Source: Octopus sinensis (lineage: Eukaryota). Taken from it: 25,688 nt of DNA. This document shows positions 1 to 11,409 of the stretch, one piece after another; positions within the stretch are counted from its first letter, which is position 1; every line of letters begins with the position of its first letter. The position numbers were made by a program, and so were the translations under genes. Below the pieces are notes generated by a model. The model was given only the letters and a program-made list of their open reading frames with translations, ran no database searches and had not been told where the DNA came from. Location of the stretch: assembly GCF_006345805.1 (NCBI RefSeq), contig NW_021824439.1:1-25688 (forward strand). Direction: 5' to 3'.

Positions 1-48
1 CAAGAAATTTTTTAAATTAACTTGAATCTTTTATTGCTCTTTCTTTGA

Positions 49-55
49 ATATATT

Positions 56-88
<33 letters not shown>

Positions 89-177
89 TACATATATATA
101 TTATATATATGTGTGTGTGTGTGTGTATGTGTGTGTGTTGTGAGTGTGTGTGTGTGTGTATGCATGTATGTATGTAC
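49..177. repeat. Compound microsatellite (TA)n/(TG)n/(TATG)n
   Basis: Directly visible di- and tetranucleotide runs. Confidence 0.95.
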
Positions 178-287
178 GTCATTATTCAGTCTATTTCAAG
201 ATTTTTTGCCAATAGAGAAAGAACAGATTTTTAACCTAGATCCAATATTCCTTCATTGAAATTTCAACATCAACAACTGGGTATTTT

Positions 288-555
288 TGTATGCATGCAT
301 GTATGTATGCATATATGTATGTATGTGTGTATGTATGTATATATATATATGCATGTATGTGTGTATGTATGTATGTATGTATGCATGTTTGTATGTATTA
401 TGTATGTATGTATGTATGTATGCATGCATGTTTGTATGTATGTATACATGCATGCACGTATGTATGTATGCATGTATGTATATATGTATGTATGTATGTA
501 TATATGTATGTATACATGTATGTATGTATATATGTACGCGTGTATGTATGTATGG
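288..555. repeat. Imperfect (TATG)n microsatellite
   Basis: About 270 bp of tatg/catg units; source of the overlapping MYVC/HTYI pseudo-ORFs. Confidence 0.95.
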
Positions 556-942
556 GTGGAGGCGCAATGGCCCAGTGGTTAGGGCAGCGGACTCGCGGTC
601 GTAGGATCGCGGTTTCGATTCCCAGACCGGGCGTTGTTAGTGTTTATTGAGCGAAAACACCTAAAGCTCCACGAGGCTCCGGCACGGATGGTGGTGATCC
701 CTGCTGTACTCTTTCACCACAACTTTCTCTCACTCTTACTTCCTGTTTCTGTTGTACCTGTATTTCAAAGGACCGGCCCTGTAACTCTCTGTGTCACGCT
801 GAATATCCAAGAGAACTGCGTTAAGGGTACACGTGTCTGTGGAGTGCCCAGCCACTTACACGTTAATTTCACAAGCAGGCTGTTCCGTTGATCGGATCAA
901 GCGGAACCCTCGTCGTCGTAACCGACGGAGAGCTTCCAAAAA
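556..942 (+). mobile_element. Full-length tRNA-derived SINE, family A
   Basis: tRNA-like head GGCGCAATGGCCCAGTGGTTAGGGCAGCGGACTCGCGGTCGTAGGATCGCGGTTTCGATTCCC with Pol III A box (TGGCCCAGTGG) and B-box-like GTTTCGATTCC. Short A tail. 12-bp direct repeat ATGTATGTATGG at 544-555 and 943-954. Confidence 0.88.
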
Positions 943-1242
943 ATGTATGTATGGATATATAAGTATCTTTGTTGACATTGTATTATAACATAACAAAGGA
1001 CGAAATGTATTGTAATTGAATAGATTTGTCATGAAACCGATTTCTTTAAGACAAACAATATTTACAATATATTAACGAGATGTGAATTCAGAAGAGTTTG
1101 CTTAATTGTAAGACGATATCTAATATCATTTGTCCAGGCATTATAAACGGATATTCTCGTTTCGTATTCATGATCCATTATATTCTGTGCACCCCAACTC
1201 CAATACCCCACTCCCCATTCCCACCCCATCCCCACTCCTACA

Positions 1243-1245
1243 TGC

Positions 1246-1282
<37 letters not shown>

Positions 1283-1428
1283 TACATACATATATATATA
1301 TGTATGTGTGTATGTATGTACATATTCATATGCATATATATATACGTATATGAATATATATATGCATATATATATATGTTTGTGTGTGGATATATATATG
1401 TATACGTATATATATACACACCCCATAC

Positions 1429-1492
<64 letters not shown>

Positions 1493-1515
1493 ATATCTAT
1501 AATTATATATATATA

Positions 1516-1592
<77 letters not shown>
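1243..1592. repeat. Compound microsatellite (TA)n/(CTAT)n
   Basis: Directly visible. Confidence 0.95.
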
Positions 1593-1593
<1 letters not shown>

Positions 1594-1596
<3 letters not shown>

Positions 1597-1710
1597 GAAA
1601 AAAAGCAACAAGATGGATATGGTTAACACCATATAGATTTCCGGTGCATCCTAGTTAAGGACCATATTCATGTGAATTCATTAGAATTCACTGAATCTCA
1701 ATTACTTAAC
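1594..1710. repeat. Interspersed repeat, internally deleted copy of the element at 16860-17100
   Basis: AAGCAACAAGATGGAT...TAACACCATATAGATTTCCGGTGCATCCTAGTTAAGGACCATATTCA aligns by eye with 16869-16885 and 17004-17095. Confidence 0.8.
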
Positions 1711-1712
1711 CG

Positions 1713-1745
<33 letters not shown>

Positions 1746-2167
1746 TATATATAAATATATTATATATGTGTGTGTGTGTGTGGTTGGGTTGTTGTGTGTG
1801 TATGTATATAATACACATACATACGTAGATACATAGTTAATTACGAATGTGTAGCTTTTCACCATATGTTGTTTATTTCTCTGTGTCACTGTTTTTAGAA
1901 CCAATTTTCCACACTGTTTATTTTACATACCCGTATTTTGTCTTTTCTGTATATACATATTTTTTTATTTCTACGTGTTTTTATTAATATATATATATAT
2001 TTGTATTTCTTATTCACAGAGTTTGCGCTTCAGTGTCTCATTGCTTCAATCTTATTATCGATAGGTGTATCAACTTATGGTTGAGTATTAAAATGATCAG
2101 CGGTGCAGATCGATGAATAAATTAGTGGATGATTGGCTGCGTTGTAATAAATGAGATTAATACAAAG

Positions 2168-2188
2168 ACACACAGACACACACACACT

Positions 2189-2263
<75 letters not shown>
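2168..2263. repeat. (CA)n microsatellite
   Basis: Directly visible. Confidence 0.97.
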
Positions 2264-2265
<2 letters not shown>

Positions 2266-2924
2266 CTCTATATTATTTGCAAACTGTAAAGCATATCCCA
2301 TGAGTGTGGTCCAGACAAAATTAACATCAATTTTGCAATTCGTTAAATGCTAGAAAATCATGTTTTTTACGCCCCTCTAAACAAATCAGACCCAGATTCC
2401 CAAAAATTGCTCTAAGATCCTATCCCGTTCAATCGATATCTGGAAAGGTTCCCGAAGGCTTATTAGAAAAAACAAGTTACGTGTGGATATCTCTCATTTA
2501 ACAAGTAGATTCTACTTGAATGGGATATATTATAACTAAACTTAACCAAAAAAATAACTCATCAGGAGCTATCAAGTCATGATATTTAGACACATCCTGA
2601 GAAAATACTGATCGACGCATGTCTAAGATTATGTGTATGTATATATTTGTGTATATATAAAACTTAGATAAGCGTTAGATACGTTTCGACCAGTGATTGG
2701 TCCAGGTCATTTCTAAATTAATAGCACCACCTGATAGGATTATCTAAACCCATTTTAAGTCAGATTTTGTGGCATTATGGTCCATTCACGTTGTGAGTTC
2801 TTCTTCAGTGATTTATATCCAGGTATGGGTGGCTTACCTGGTATTCCTTGAAGAAATCTGTACATACTCCGTTTAAAGGTAATGGGATCCGTTTACGCTT
2901 TGATCAGTTTGGGACAATGTGTAT

Positions 2925-2970
<46 letters not shown>

Positions 2971-3144
2971 GAAAAAATGACTTACTTTCAGGCATGCATG
3001 AATGTCAGAAAATTGCTTTCGGATTTGTGGAATTTTTCTTTTTCTTTTCAATTTTACTTTAAAAGACAATATTAAAAAAGGCCATACGTTTTAAATTTTG
3101 TTTGTGTTTCAATAATAAATACAATCTTCCAAAAGTCTGTATAT

Positions 3145-3197
3145 AGCGGTGCTCCAGCATGGCCACTGCCAACTTACTGAAACAAATAAAAGAATAA
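3145..3197 (+). mobile_element. 3' fragment of SINE family C
   Basis: GCGGTGCTCCAGCATGGCC...ACTGAAACAAATAAAAGAATAA matches the tail of the copy at 13366-13756. Confidence 0.75.
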
Positions 3198-4015
3198 TTG
3201 CTGACAGACATACAGATACACGCACCCTCATAATTACCCCCCCCACACACACACACATACGAACATACATATACGAACACTCATATACGTGTGCATATGT
3301 ACACATATGTGTGTGTGTTTGAAGCTGAAGCTACAGTAATTTTGACTGAGTTCATTTTTATCGAATCTGCATCAGTAACAGAAATCGTATACATGAAATA
3401 AAACAGCTGAATCTGAGATACAGGTTATCAACATAAAAGCATAGGATTTGGCCGTAGCAGTATTACCGAAGCATGTCAAACATTTTTGTGGCCAAGATAT
3501 TCTGAAATATTGCGATAAATGTCGATTTATGACGAATATAACAAAGGTTATAATGGCTAGGAAAAGCAGACATTTTTAATGTATAGGAAGGATATAACAA
3601 TACGAATTGTCCTGCGGTCACTGGAACAAGATATGTGATCTTTTCAACTTGGAAATATTCATTTCATTTGAAGAACGAAAATAATTAATTGATTTCAAAA
3701 TAATTTAATTAGTTCAACTTAACATTTCGATATATATATATTCCGTCAATAAATCAACTCCATATTATAGTAGAGCTTTGCAAACAGGAGATATTATGAA
3801 TAAGATTAACCCCATAAAAATATTAATCTTCAGATACAGTAAAATAAAACCTGTAAAATTGTTTGTTCTAAGGTTCCTTTCAATGGAAGTTTGAATAAAC
3901 ATTTCTTTTACGTAAATATTTTCCGATATATCATAACTTTTAATAAGATCTTTTCATAATTAAGAATAACGTTAAGTTTTATTTGTCCTCAATTCTGTTT
4001 CCTACAGAAATAACG

Positions 4016-4208
4016 AATATTGGTTTCAACGGCAGCAATATCGGGCATAAGTTGATTTCATTGCCCCAGTTGTTCAAGTGGTACCTAATTCATCGACCCT
4101 AAAAGCATGAAAAGCAAAGTTGACCTCGGCCGAATTTGAAATCAGAACACAAAGACGGATGAAATGGCAAGCATTTTGTTCGGCGCATTCTGTCAAATCG
4201 TCGCCTTT
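4016..4208 (-). mobile_element. tRNA-derived SINE family B, diverged copy
   Basis: Shares core GCAAAGTTGACCTCGGCCGAATTTGAA with copies at 9853-10064 and 24661-24852. Confidence 0.82.
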
Positions 4209-4639
4209 TATGAATAGCTAATATTAATATTTAAAATCTTAATCGTCTATCAGCATTTATTCTTCCTGGTGGTATAATTGTTTTACTATTATTAATTTGC
4301 AATGGAAAAATTCGTGTCTTTGAAAAACATCCATAGTTAATAATCTATGTTCTATCATGCTGACAGCAAAACATTTTAAGACTCGATAAGATCAACACCC
4401 ACACACGTTTAAGCACCCAAAAAATCTGTCAGCATACGTTTATTTAAGTCTTTTTAATTTTTAAAACATAAAGGATACAAGAAACTATTCCATATTTTCG
4501 AAGGTAGAAGATGCCAAGCCTTATAATCATGTTGATTGTGGGTGTAACTAATGCATTGAATGAAAATCAATAGATTACCGTAGACAGGTTTGTTCCATTA
4601 ATGCAATACTTTATTGAAATATTTTATATTAGCTGACGG

Positions 4640-5231
4640 TAAGACAGCGAGGTAGCAGAGTTGGTAGCACGTCGGACGAAATGGTTAGCGGTATTTTGTC
4701 TATTTTTTTATTCTTTTACGTGTTTCTGTCAGTTAACTGCGGCCATACTGGAATACTGAATTTTAGTGTAACAATGGACCCGAGGATTTATTCTTTGCAA
4801 AACTAGTATGTATTGTATCAGTTTCTTTTGCCGAACCGCTAATTCACAGGGATATAAAAAGGCCAACATCTGTTGTCAAGCGATAGTGGGAGAAAAAACA
4901 TAGACACAGAAACACACACATATGGGCTTCTTTCAGTTTCCGTTTACCAAATCCACTCACAAGGCTTTGGTCAGCCCTATGCTACAGTAAAAGACGCCCA
5001 AAGTGTCACGCAGTGTAACTGAACCCGGAACCATGTGGCTGGGAAGCAAACTTCTTACCACACAACCACGCCAGCGCCTATCTTAACTTTCTGTGTTGAA
5101 ATTTCGTTGCGGTCGAATTTTCCTTCCATTCCTTTCAGGGTCGATATAATATGCACCACTCGAGCACTGCGGTCGATGTAATCGACGAGCCTTTCTCAAA
5201 ATTGCTGGCTTTGTACCAAAATTTGAAACCG
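4640..5231 (+). mobile_element. SINE family B copy split by a nested family C insertion
   Basis: Head at 4640-4703 (CAGCGAGGTAGCAGAGTTGGTAGCACGTCGGACGAAATG) resumes at about 5081-5231 (CCTTTCAGGGTCGATATAAT). 14-bp TSD ATATTAGCTGACGG at 4626-4639 and 5232-5245. Confidence 0.85.
4704..5078 (-). mobile_element. Full-length SINE family C nested in a family B SINE
   Basis: Reverse complement begins GGCGCTGGCGTGGTTGTGTGGTAAG...CCGGGTTCAGTT, is collinear with 13366-13756, and ends in an A-rich tail. Confidence 0.87.
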
Positions 5232-5476
5232 ATATTAGCTGACGGATGACCACCGGTCATTCTCGCACCATAACACATGCACCAAACAAATTAAAGTATT
5301 TCTATTTTTTTGTCTTTGCACTTTACATTCAAAGGGTCTTGTCGTCATGAAAAGAAAAGTTTTTGGCATGTTTCGAAATTGCATCAAGCTGAAGTCGGAC
5401 AAAATTCAATAAAACTGTTTCGCAGTCAGGCCATATGCAAACTATTTTTATGGTTAATGAGCACAGTATATACAAC

Positions 5477-5662
<186 letters not shown>

Positions 5663-6079
5663 GAGTGAGAGAGCAGTGCATGCCATTAAAGTGACACTGG
5701 GGTAAATTATACGAAGCCCAGTATACCCATCATGACTACCCGTTGTGATGCACCAGGCACATGCATCATGACAATATGTGCACGACATGGTGCTCTCATA
5801 TCAAGGTAAACAGCACTGTATGTTTAAAATCCCCAAGTATTTGTAATGTTCGTTTTCCATTATTCCCTGAGAATTGTGTTCATACCATTGTTCGGTTCTC
5901 TCGAGGTTTGCTTTACAGCACAACATCCAGTTGATATATCTGGCCATATCGTCGTGTCTACTTTTGTACTCGCGTTGTGCGAGCTTACAACATGCACTAA
6001 CAATGTGGCTTATACTTTCTAACTTCTCAGAGCAAATCCTACACAGTGGCGAGTCATTGCTTTTATCAATAGGATATTT
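5663..6079 (-). mobile_element. 5'-truncated, internally deleted R4/Dong-like non-LTR retrotransposon
   Basis: Coding remnant 5813-6079 is followed by about 150 bp of putative 3' UTR ending CTCTCTCACTC(AAT)n. Dong elements are known to target TAA repeats. Confidence 0.8.
5813..6079 (-). pseudogene. CCHC zinc knuckle and start of the restriction-like endonuclease region of an R4/Dong-like ORF
   Basis: Manual translation: KYPIDKSNDSPLCRICSEKLESISHIVSACCKLAQREYKSRHDDMARYINWMLCCKANLERTEQWYEHNSQGIMENEHYK. It shows the CxxC...H...C knuckle, RHD and WYEH motifs. Confidence 0.85.
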
Positions 6080-6437
6080 GGAGTAGGTTAGATTTTGGAG
6101 TTTCCGCGTTGAAGCGTTATGATTGGTTATCTCCAGCTGAAATAGAAAGCATTAAGAGACGGGTGGACGAAAGGATTAGGGAGAGACTGAAGATAGTGAA
6201 ACAATGGCAGTAGAGTTAAAGGAAGAAAACTACGGAATCAATGAAACATGATTCCTCCATTGTCTGAGAACAAGTAAAACGTGAAACACAGAGTTGTAAG
6301 TTGTGCAATTCCTAACTTCTCGACTATTGCATTGTATTGAAATATTCCTCTCTGGATACATGTGCATTCACGTACATAAATACATATGCGTGTTTGTCTC
6401 ATTGTGAGTATATATAAACACATACCTATACATAACA

Positions 6438-6470
<33 letters not shown>

Positions 6471-6486
6471 CTATCTATCTATCTAA

Positions 6487-6533
<47 letters not shown>

Positions 6534-6570
6534 AATATGTGTATATATATACACACACACACACACACAC

Positions 6571-6620
<50 letters not shown>

Positions 6621-6711
6621 GCATATATAATGTACTGAGAGAGAGAGAGAGAGAGATCGTGAGACAGGGAGACAGATGCCTACAAACATACTTGTATACG
6701 TATTTGAAGGA

Positions 6712-6762
<51 letters not shown>

Positions 6763-6810
6763 AATGTATGTGTTTAGCTATATGCGTATGTACGTATGTG
6801 TGTATGTCTA
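6438..6810. repeat. Compound microsatellite (CTAT)n/(CA)n/(TA)n/(GA)n
   Basis: Directly visible. Confidence 0.92.
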
Positions 6811-7494
6811 TATGTGTCTGAATGAACAGAGTAAAGATATACATGCGATCAATATACAACCCCAGGGATAGGAATTGTTAAGCATGAACATAATGAATAC
6901 GAAATCAATAGCACTCAAATGGAGGAGAAACCAGACCAGTGCTGGCGGGGTGGAAGGGTGAGGATGGAGTGGTGTTGAACAATTAAAAAAAAATATCTCA
7001 AGAAGAAGATGGCGGCAGAGAAAGTTTGTTGTGTAGGTTTGTGAGGCCAATCCATTATTGGTGTTTGATTTGTTTCGGTAAAATATCATTGATAGGAAAT
7101 TTATTGAACATCCGGATGTCATTCAAATCACATTCCTGAAGCATAAAACACACGTACTTTTATAAACGTACACTCAGGCATGTGTATATATACACGTTGT
7201 TCTGAAATGAATTATGTAATTTTTCTCAGAGACCTGGAATACATCTCCAAATACCATTGTTCGCAATAAATACGCTATGCATTATTCCACATTCTAACGC
7301 GCACACACACAAATTGTATATAACCATACATATCCTTAAGTTATCAAAAATATATCTAAATGTCCTTCCATAAACACACACCCACACACCCACACATATA
7401 TACATGTATACATTTCTTTTATATATCCTTTTATATAAACATATATATATATTTATATATATTCTTTAATATAGACATATATACATACATAGAT

Positions 7495-7532
<38 letters not shown>

Positions 7533-8440
7533 GTGTATGTATGTATGTATGTATGTATGTATGCCTGTGTCTAATTCTGGACAATGATGAAGATCTTTAA
7601 AATATTTTGATACAATATAGTGTAGGAAAATATATGTATTTGTTCAACGAAAGAAAGATGAAAACCAGTTACTAAATTCCATCAAATCAAGTAGGTCTGT
7701 AACGTGAGGAAACGTCTTCTCGTGTTACGAAAAATTTCTTCTACTTTGTTTTTACTAAGTACTTCATCTTCTGAAACATCCGGTTTCATCTGCCCATACA
7801 ATTCACTGACACATTCTGCGCCCAATGCTTTTATTTTTCTAAGATAGCTCTATCTCTCCTAAGTTCTGTATGGTAGAAGAGACGAGACGAGACAGCCATA
7901 TGATCACCTCATATATTGTTACATAATTTGGGGTTTAATTCTTGATAACATTCCATATGTATACATACACACTCACACACACACAATATATATATATATA
8001 TATATATATATACACTTAAATCTTTATGCATGTATACAGGCGATGAGGATTACACTTCACGTGAAATGTAAGATCACAATACGAAAAGCTCGACCGGCGC
8101 TCAAATCGTCTTTATGACTAGACATTATATGAAGACATTTTAAACCGCGTATCTGATACCATTTCTTTTTCTTTCTATTGCCAGCTGTGATATATAAACA
8201 CAACAGACACTCACACACAAACACACGCACAGACCTAGAGAGTGGGGAACAGACAATCATTAATATATGGAGAGCCAAACAGCTTTTCTTTTTCCTATGT
8301 TTTATGCACGTAGCATGTTGGCTGACTTCGCGACGTAATGGAGAGCAAACTCTTTACTGAAATATTGAAATAAATTATGTCGTTTCCCTTGACATTTAGT
8401 TCCATTTAAAGAAAATAAAACAGATTTGATGGCAAGCACC

Positions 8441-8782
8441 ATATGTATGTGTGTATGCGTTATATGTGTACGTATGTATCTATGGATTTATGTATGTATA
8501 TATATGTATGTAGATGTACGTATGTATGTGTCTATGTATGTATATGTATAATGTACATATATGTATATATAGATATGCATAATATATATAAGTATATATA
8601 ATCATATATATATATATATATATATACGTCTGTGTGTGTGTATGATATATATATATATATTATGTATCTACCATACTTTTATGTAAACTCACAATATAAA
8701 GCGATAATAAATATACTATAACTACATGTAACACACACACAAACACACGCTCACACACACACACACACACAAACATATACAT

Positions 8783-8817
<35 letters not shown>

Positions 8818-8901
8818 GCTACTGGTCGCTGTGTGTATGTATGAATGTCTGCTTTTTATATGAATACAGATACGTACACTCATATGGATAGCATAGGAGT
8901 G

Positions 8902-8938
<37 letters not shown>

Positions 8939-8966
8939 GTGTGTGCTTATGCCTGTGTGTGTGTAT
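8441..8966. repeat. Low-complexity TA/TG/CA microsatellite region
   Basis: Directly visible. Confidence 0.9.
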
Positions 8967-9141
8967 TTATGGCAGTTAAATATATCAAAAACTATTCACA
9001 AATCCTCCACAATCGACATAACTCGTGAAGCGAAAAGTCTGAATATTAAATCGTGACCTTTTTGTAGCAGTTGGAAAGGATACTATTATACAATAAATGC
9101 CATCCCAGGATCTCTCTCCCGCTGTCCTTCCTTCCTTCCTT

Positions 9142-9176
<35 letters not shown>

Positions 9177-9852
9177 TCTCTACCCTTCCCACACAAACAC
9201 ATACATTCATCTCCTCGTGATTAATAGCAACGTATCAAACATAATATCAGCAATGAAACCGCCACAGCCTCAAAGTTTTTATTATTCTATATTTTTCCAT
9301 TTATATTATCTTTCCTTTACAATAGCAACATGGCGTATATTAGAAAGATAGAAGAATTAGTGAGAGTGAAGGTGGGAGTTAACAGGATAGAGGAGGGACA
9401 TCACATGTAACGAGTGAGAAGCTGTTACGTCCATAGTAATCTCTCACATCACCACCCAGGGTATTTTCTCAGCCAGTTGTAGAGTATTGGCATTGGGAAA
9501 TGACTTGGGTGTATTGATTGATTAGTTTCATTGATTAAATTTCTATTCCTGTGATTCCTAGAGAGTCGCTGAAGTATCATTTTGGTAATATTCATGAAGT
9601 ATGAACTGCGAAAAACTATAACGCGAAATACATGCTTCCGGTAAATTCTGACTTCAAGCGATTCCGATTCTAGAAAGATGCGCATTCATTTATGATCCTA
9701 AGGGCCTTCGGAAAACATAAAATACCTTTAGATTTTCATATTTGATTTTTATCTGGTTGAAATAAACCATTAATATAGATCTCTATTTTTACTCGCTAAG
9801 TTCATCGACAGTGTCCTATCTGTCATTGATTGTTTTGTTGCCCTTAAATATA

Positions 9853-10064
9853 CTTTTCTACACTAGGCACAATACCCGAAAGTTTGGGGAGGGTGCAAGT
9901 CGATTCAATTGGCCCCAGTACGCAGCTGGTACTTAATTTATCGTCCCTGGAAAGGATGAAAGGCAAAGTCGACCTCGGCGGGATTGAAACTCAGAACGTA
10001 ACGGCAGACGAAATACTGCCGAGCATTTTGTCCGGCGTGCTAGCGTCTCTGCCAGCCCGCCACC
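9853..10064 (-). mobile_element. tRNA-derived SINE family B, well preserved copy
   Basis: Minus strand GGTGGCGGGCTGGCAGAGACGCTAGCACGCCGGAC...CCGCCGAGGTCGACTTTGCCTTTCATCCTTTCC. Candidate 8-bp TSD TAAATATA at 9845-9852 and 10065-10072. Confidence 0.87.
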
Positions 10065-10299
10065 TAAATATATTACCAGCAAAGTATGGATGTTAATTAA
10101 ATGTTGCCTACCCTGATGTTAGAAATAAATTATACATTTTCATATCTCATCCCAAAATACTCGTCCAAAGCTAGAAGCTGACACGGAGCATAGCGACTAT
10201 AACAACAACTGTCCCCTCTAGAAGACCAACAATAAAGAACAATGAAATACCAGTAATATATTGGGGCTGCTTCAACGTAGTTTACTTGTGTCAGGTGTT

Positions 10300-10719
10300 T
10301 TGCAAACAACTTGAACACGCAAGCGCTACCAGTCGAGGACTCTGCATACCAGAAGTTAGCAAGTGTATGGGGGACATCAGGAGAGAATGCGCGCCGTTTC
10401 GGGGCCTACCTGTCGACGGCATCAGTGCACACCGGCCCCCCTCACTAATATGAGGCCTCGCTTGCTTGACCAACTGGTTATTAAATACAGCTCAATATAC
10501 TTCTAGGCGTCGCTCATCATCTCTTTTTAACCAAATCCAGTGGTTAGCCTTTTCCACTGTAGTTTGGATATCAGTCATGGTGGTATTTACTTTACGATCA
10601 GTTGGGCCTAACGATAACAACAGTCGCCTCATACTCTGTCCAACAAACCCTCTACATCCGACTTCGATTGGAAAATGCTCCGCTTTCCAGCTTGCGTCTT
10701 CTCCCTGCCTATTTCTTGG
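10300..10719 (-). mobile_element. 5'-truncated HERO-like (R2 superfamily, RLE-type) non-LTR retrotransposon; 3' boundary uncertain
   Basis: ORF C-terminus at 10492-10719 followed by a GC-richer, structured putative 3' UTR. Confidence 0.72.
10492..10719 (-). pseudogene. C-terminal part of the restriction-like endonuclease domain of a HERO-like ORF
   Basis: Manual translation: PRNRQGEDASWKAEHFPIEVGCRGFVGQSMRRLLLSLGPTDRKVNTTMTDIQTTVEKANHWIWLKRDDERRLEVY*. The P-I/V-EVGCRGF and W-I/L-WLKR motifs are characteristic of HERO-type ORF ends. Confidence 0.85.
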
Positions 10720-11064
10720 TTAAAGGCTGACGTTTTGTTGCATTAAAGCAAAAGCAGACATTGGTGAGTTTCCGGACTAAGAAACCAAAGCAGTGCTTCT
10801 ACTATCATAGGAAAACGATCCAGGTAATCGCTGGAAATGATTAGAAGCTTATCGACCTTCCGGAAGTGCCCGAAATCCCACCCTTGTTCGTTTATGCTAA
10901 AAAAACACTCGTGATTAAATTTATTCTTGCCATAACTTATATCATGTCATTTTCGAGTAAAGTCCAGGTGGATGTGTGTTTTAAGATAGTAAAGTGCATC
11001 ATGAAAGAGTTTGGACTGTTATTTTCAGCTACGTTGCAGTTGTATCACTTGTCGATACATGTTT

Positions 11065-11409
11065 GTCCTGTTTCAGTCTTTGGAGTGCGGCAATGATGCA
11101 GCAACGCCTTGAAGGGTTTATGCGAGCAAATGTTTTAAGCTTGTTACTAAGGCTATTAAACTCTTGTGACGAACCGTTAAGTTATAGACATAAACAAACT
11201 AACAACTGTTCTGAGGACGACACAAACACAAAGGTATACATAAATACGATGGGTTTCCCCCACAGACCCCGTCTCTGAAATTCACTCACAAGGCATTCGT
11301 TAGCCCGGGTCTAAAGTAGACGTCATTTGTCCAGGGAGCCGCATAGTAGAACTGAACCCCAAACCACAGGGTTTCAAAGCCAGGTTATTAAGCACACAGC
11401 CATGCCTGA
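11065..11409 (-). mobile_element. Diverged SINE family C copy
   Basis: Plus strand TTCACTCACAAGGC...GAACTGAACCC...CACACAGCCATGCCTG is the reverse complement of the family C head and core. Confidence 0.78.

Noticed and set aside
561-632. tRNA gene
   Set aside because: The tRNA-like head does not close a proper cloverleaf and continues into a SINE body with tail and TSD.
2559-2565. CTGATGA on the minus strand
   Set aside because: No helix II or GAAA box follows.
2675-2717. Fifth hammerhead (minus strand TTAGA...GACCA-ATCAC-TGGTC-GAAA-CG-TA-TCTAA)
   Set aside because: The stems and GAAA/UH fit, but the CUGANGA box is replaced by AATGACCTG, so it is at best a decayed relic.
5823-5845. YKYLGIL reverse-transcriptase motif
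   Set aside because: Its position after WYEH indicates a locally frameshifted KILWDF segment rather than RT.
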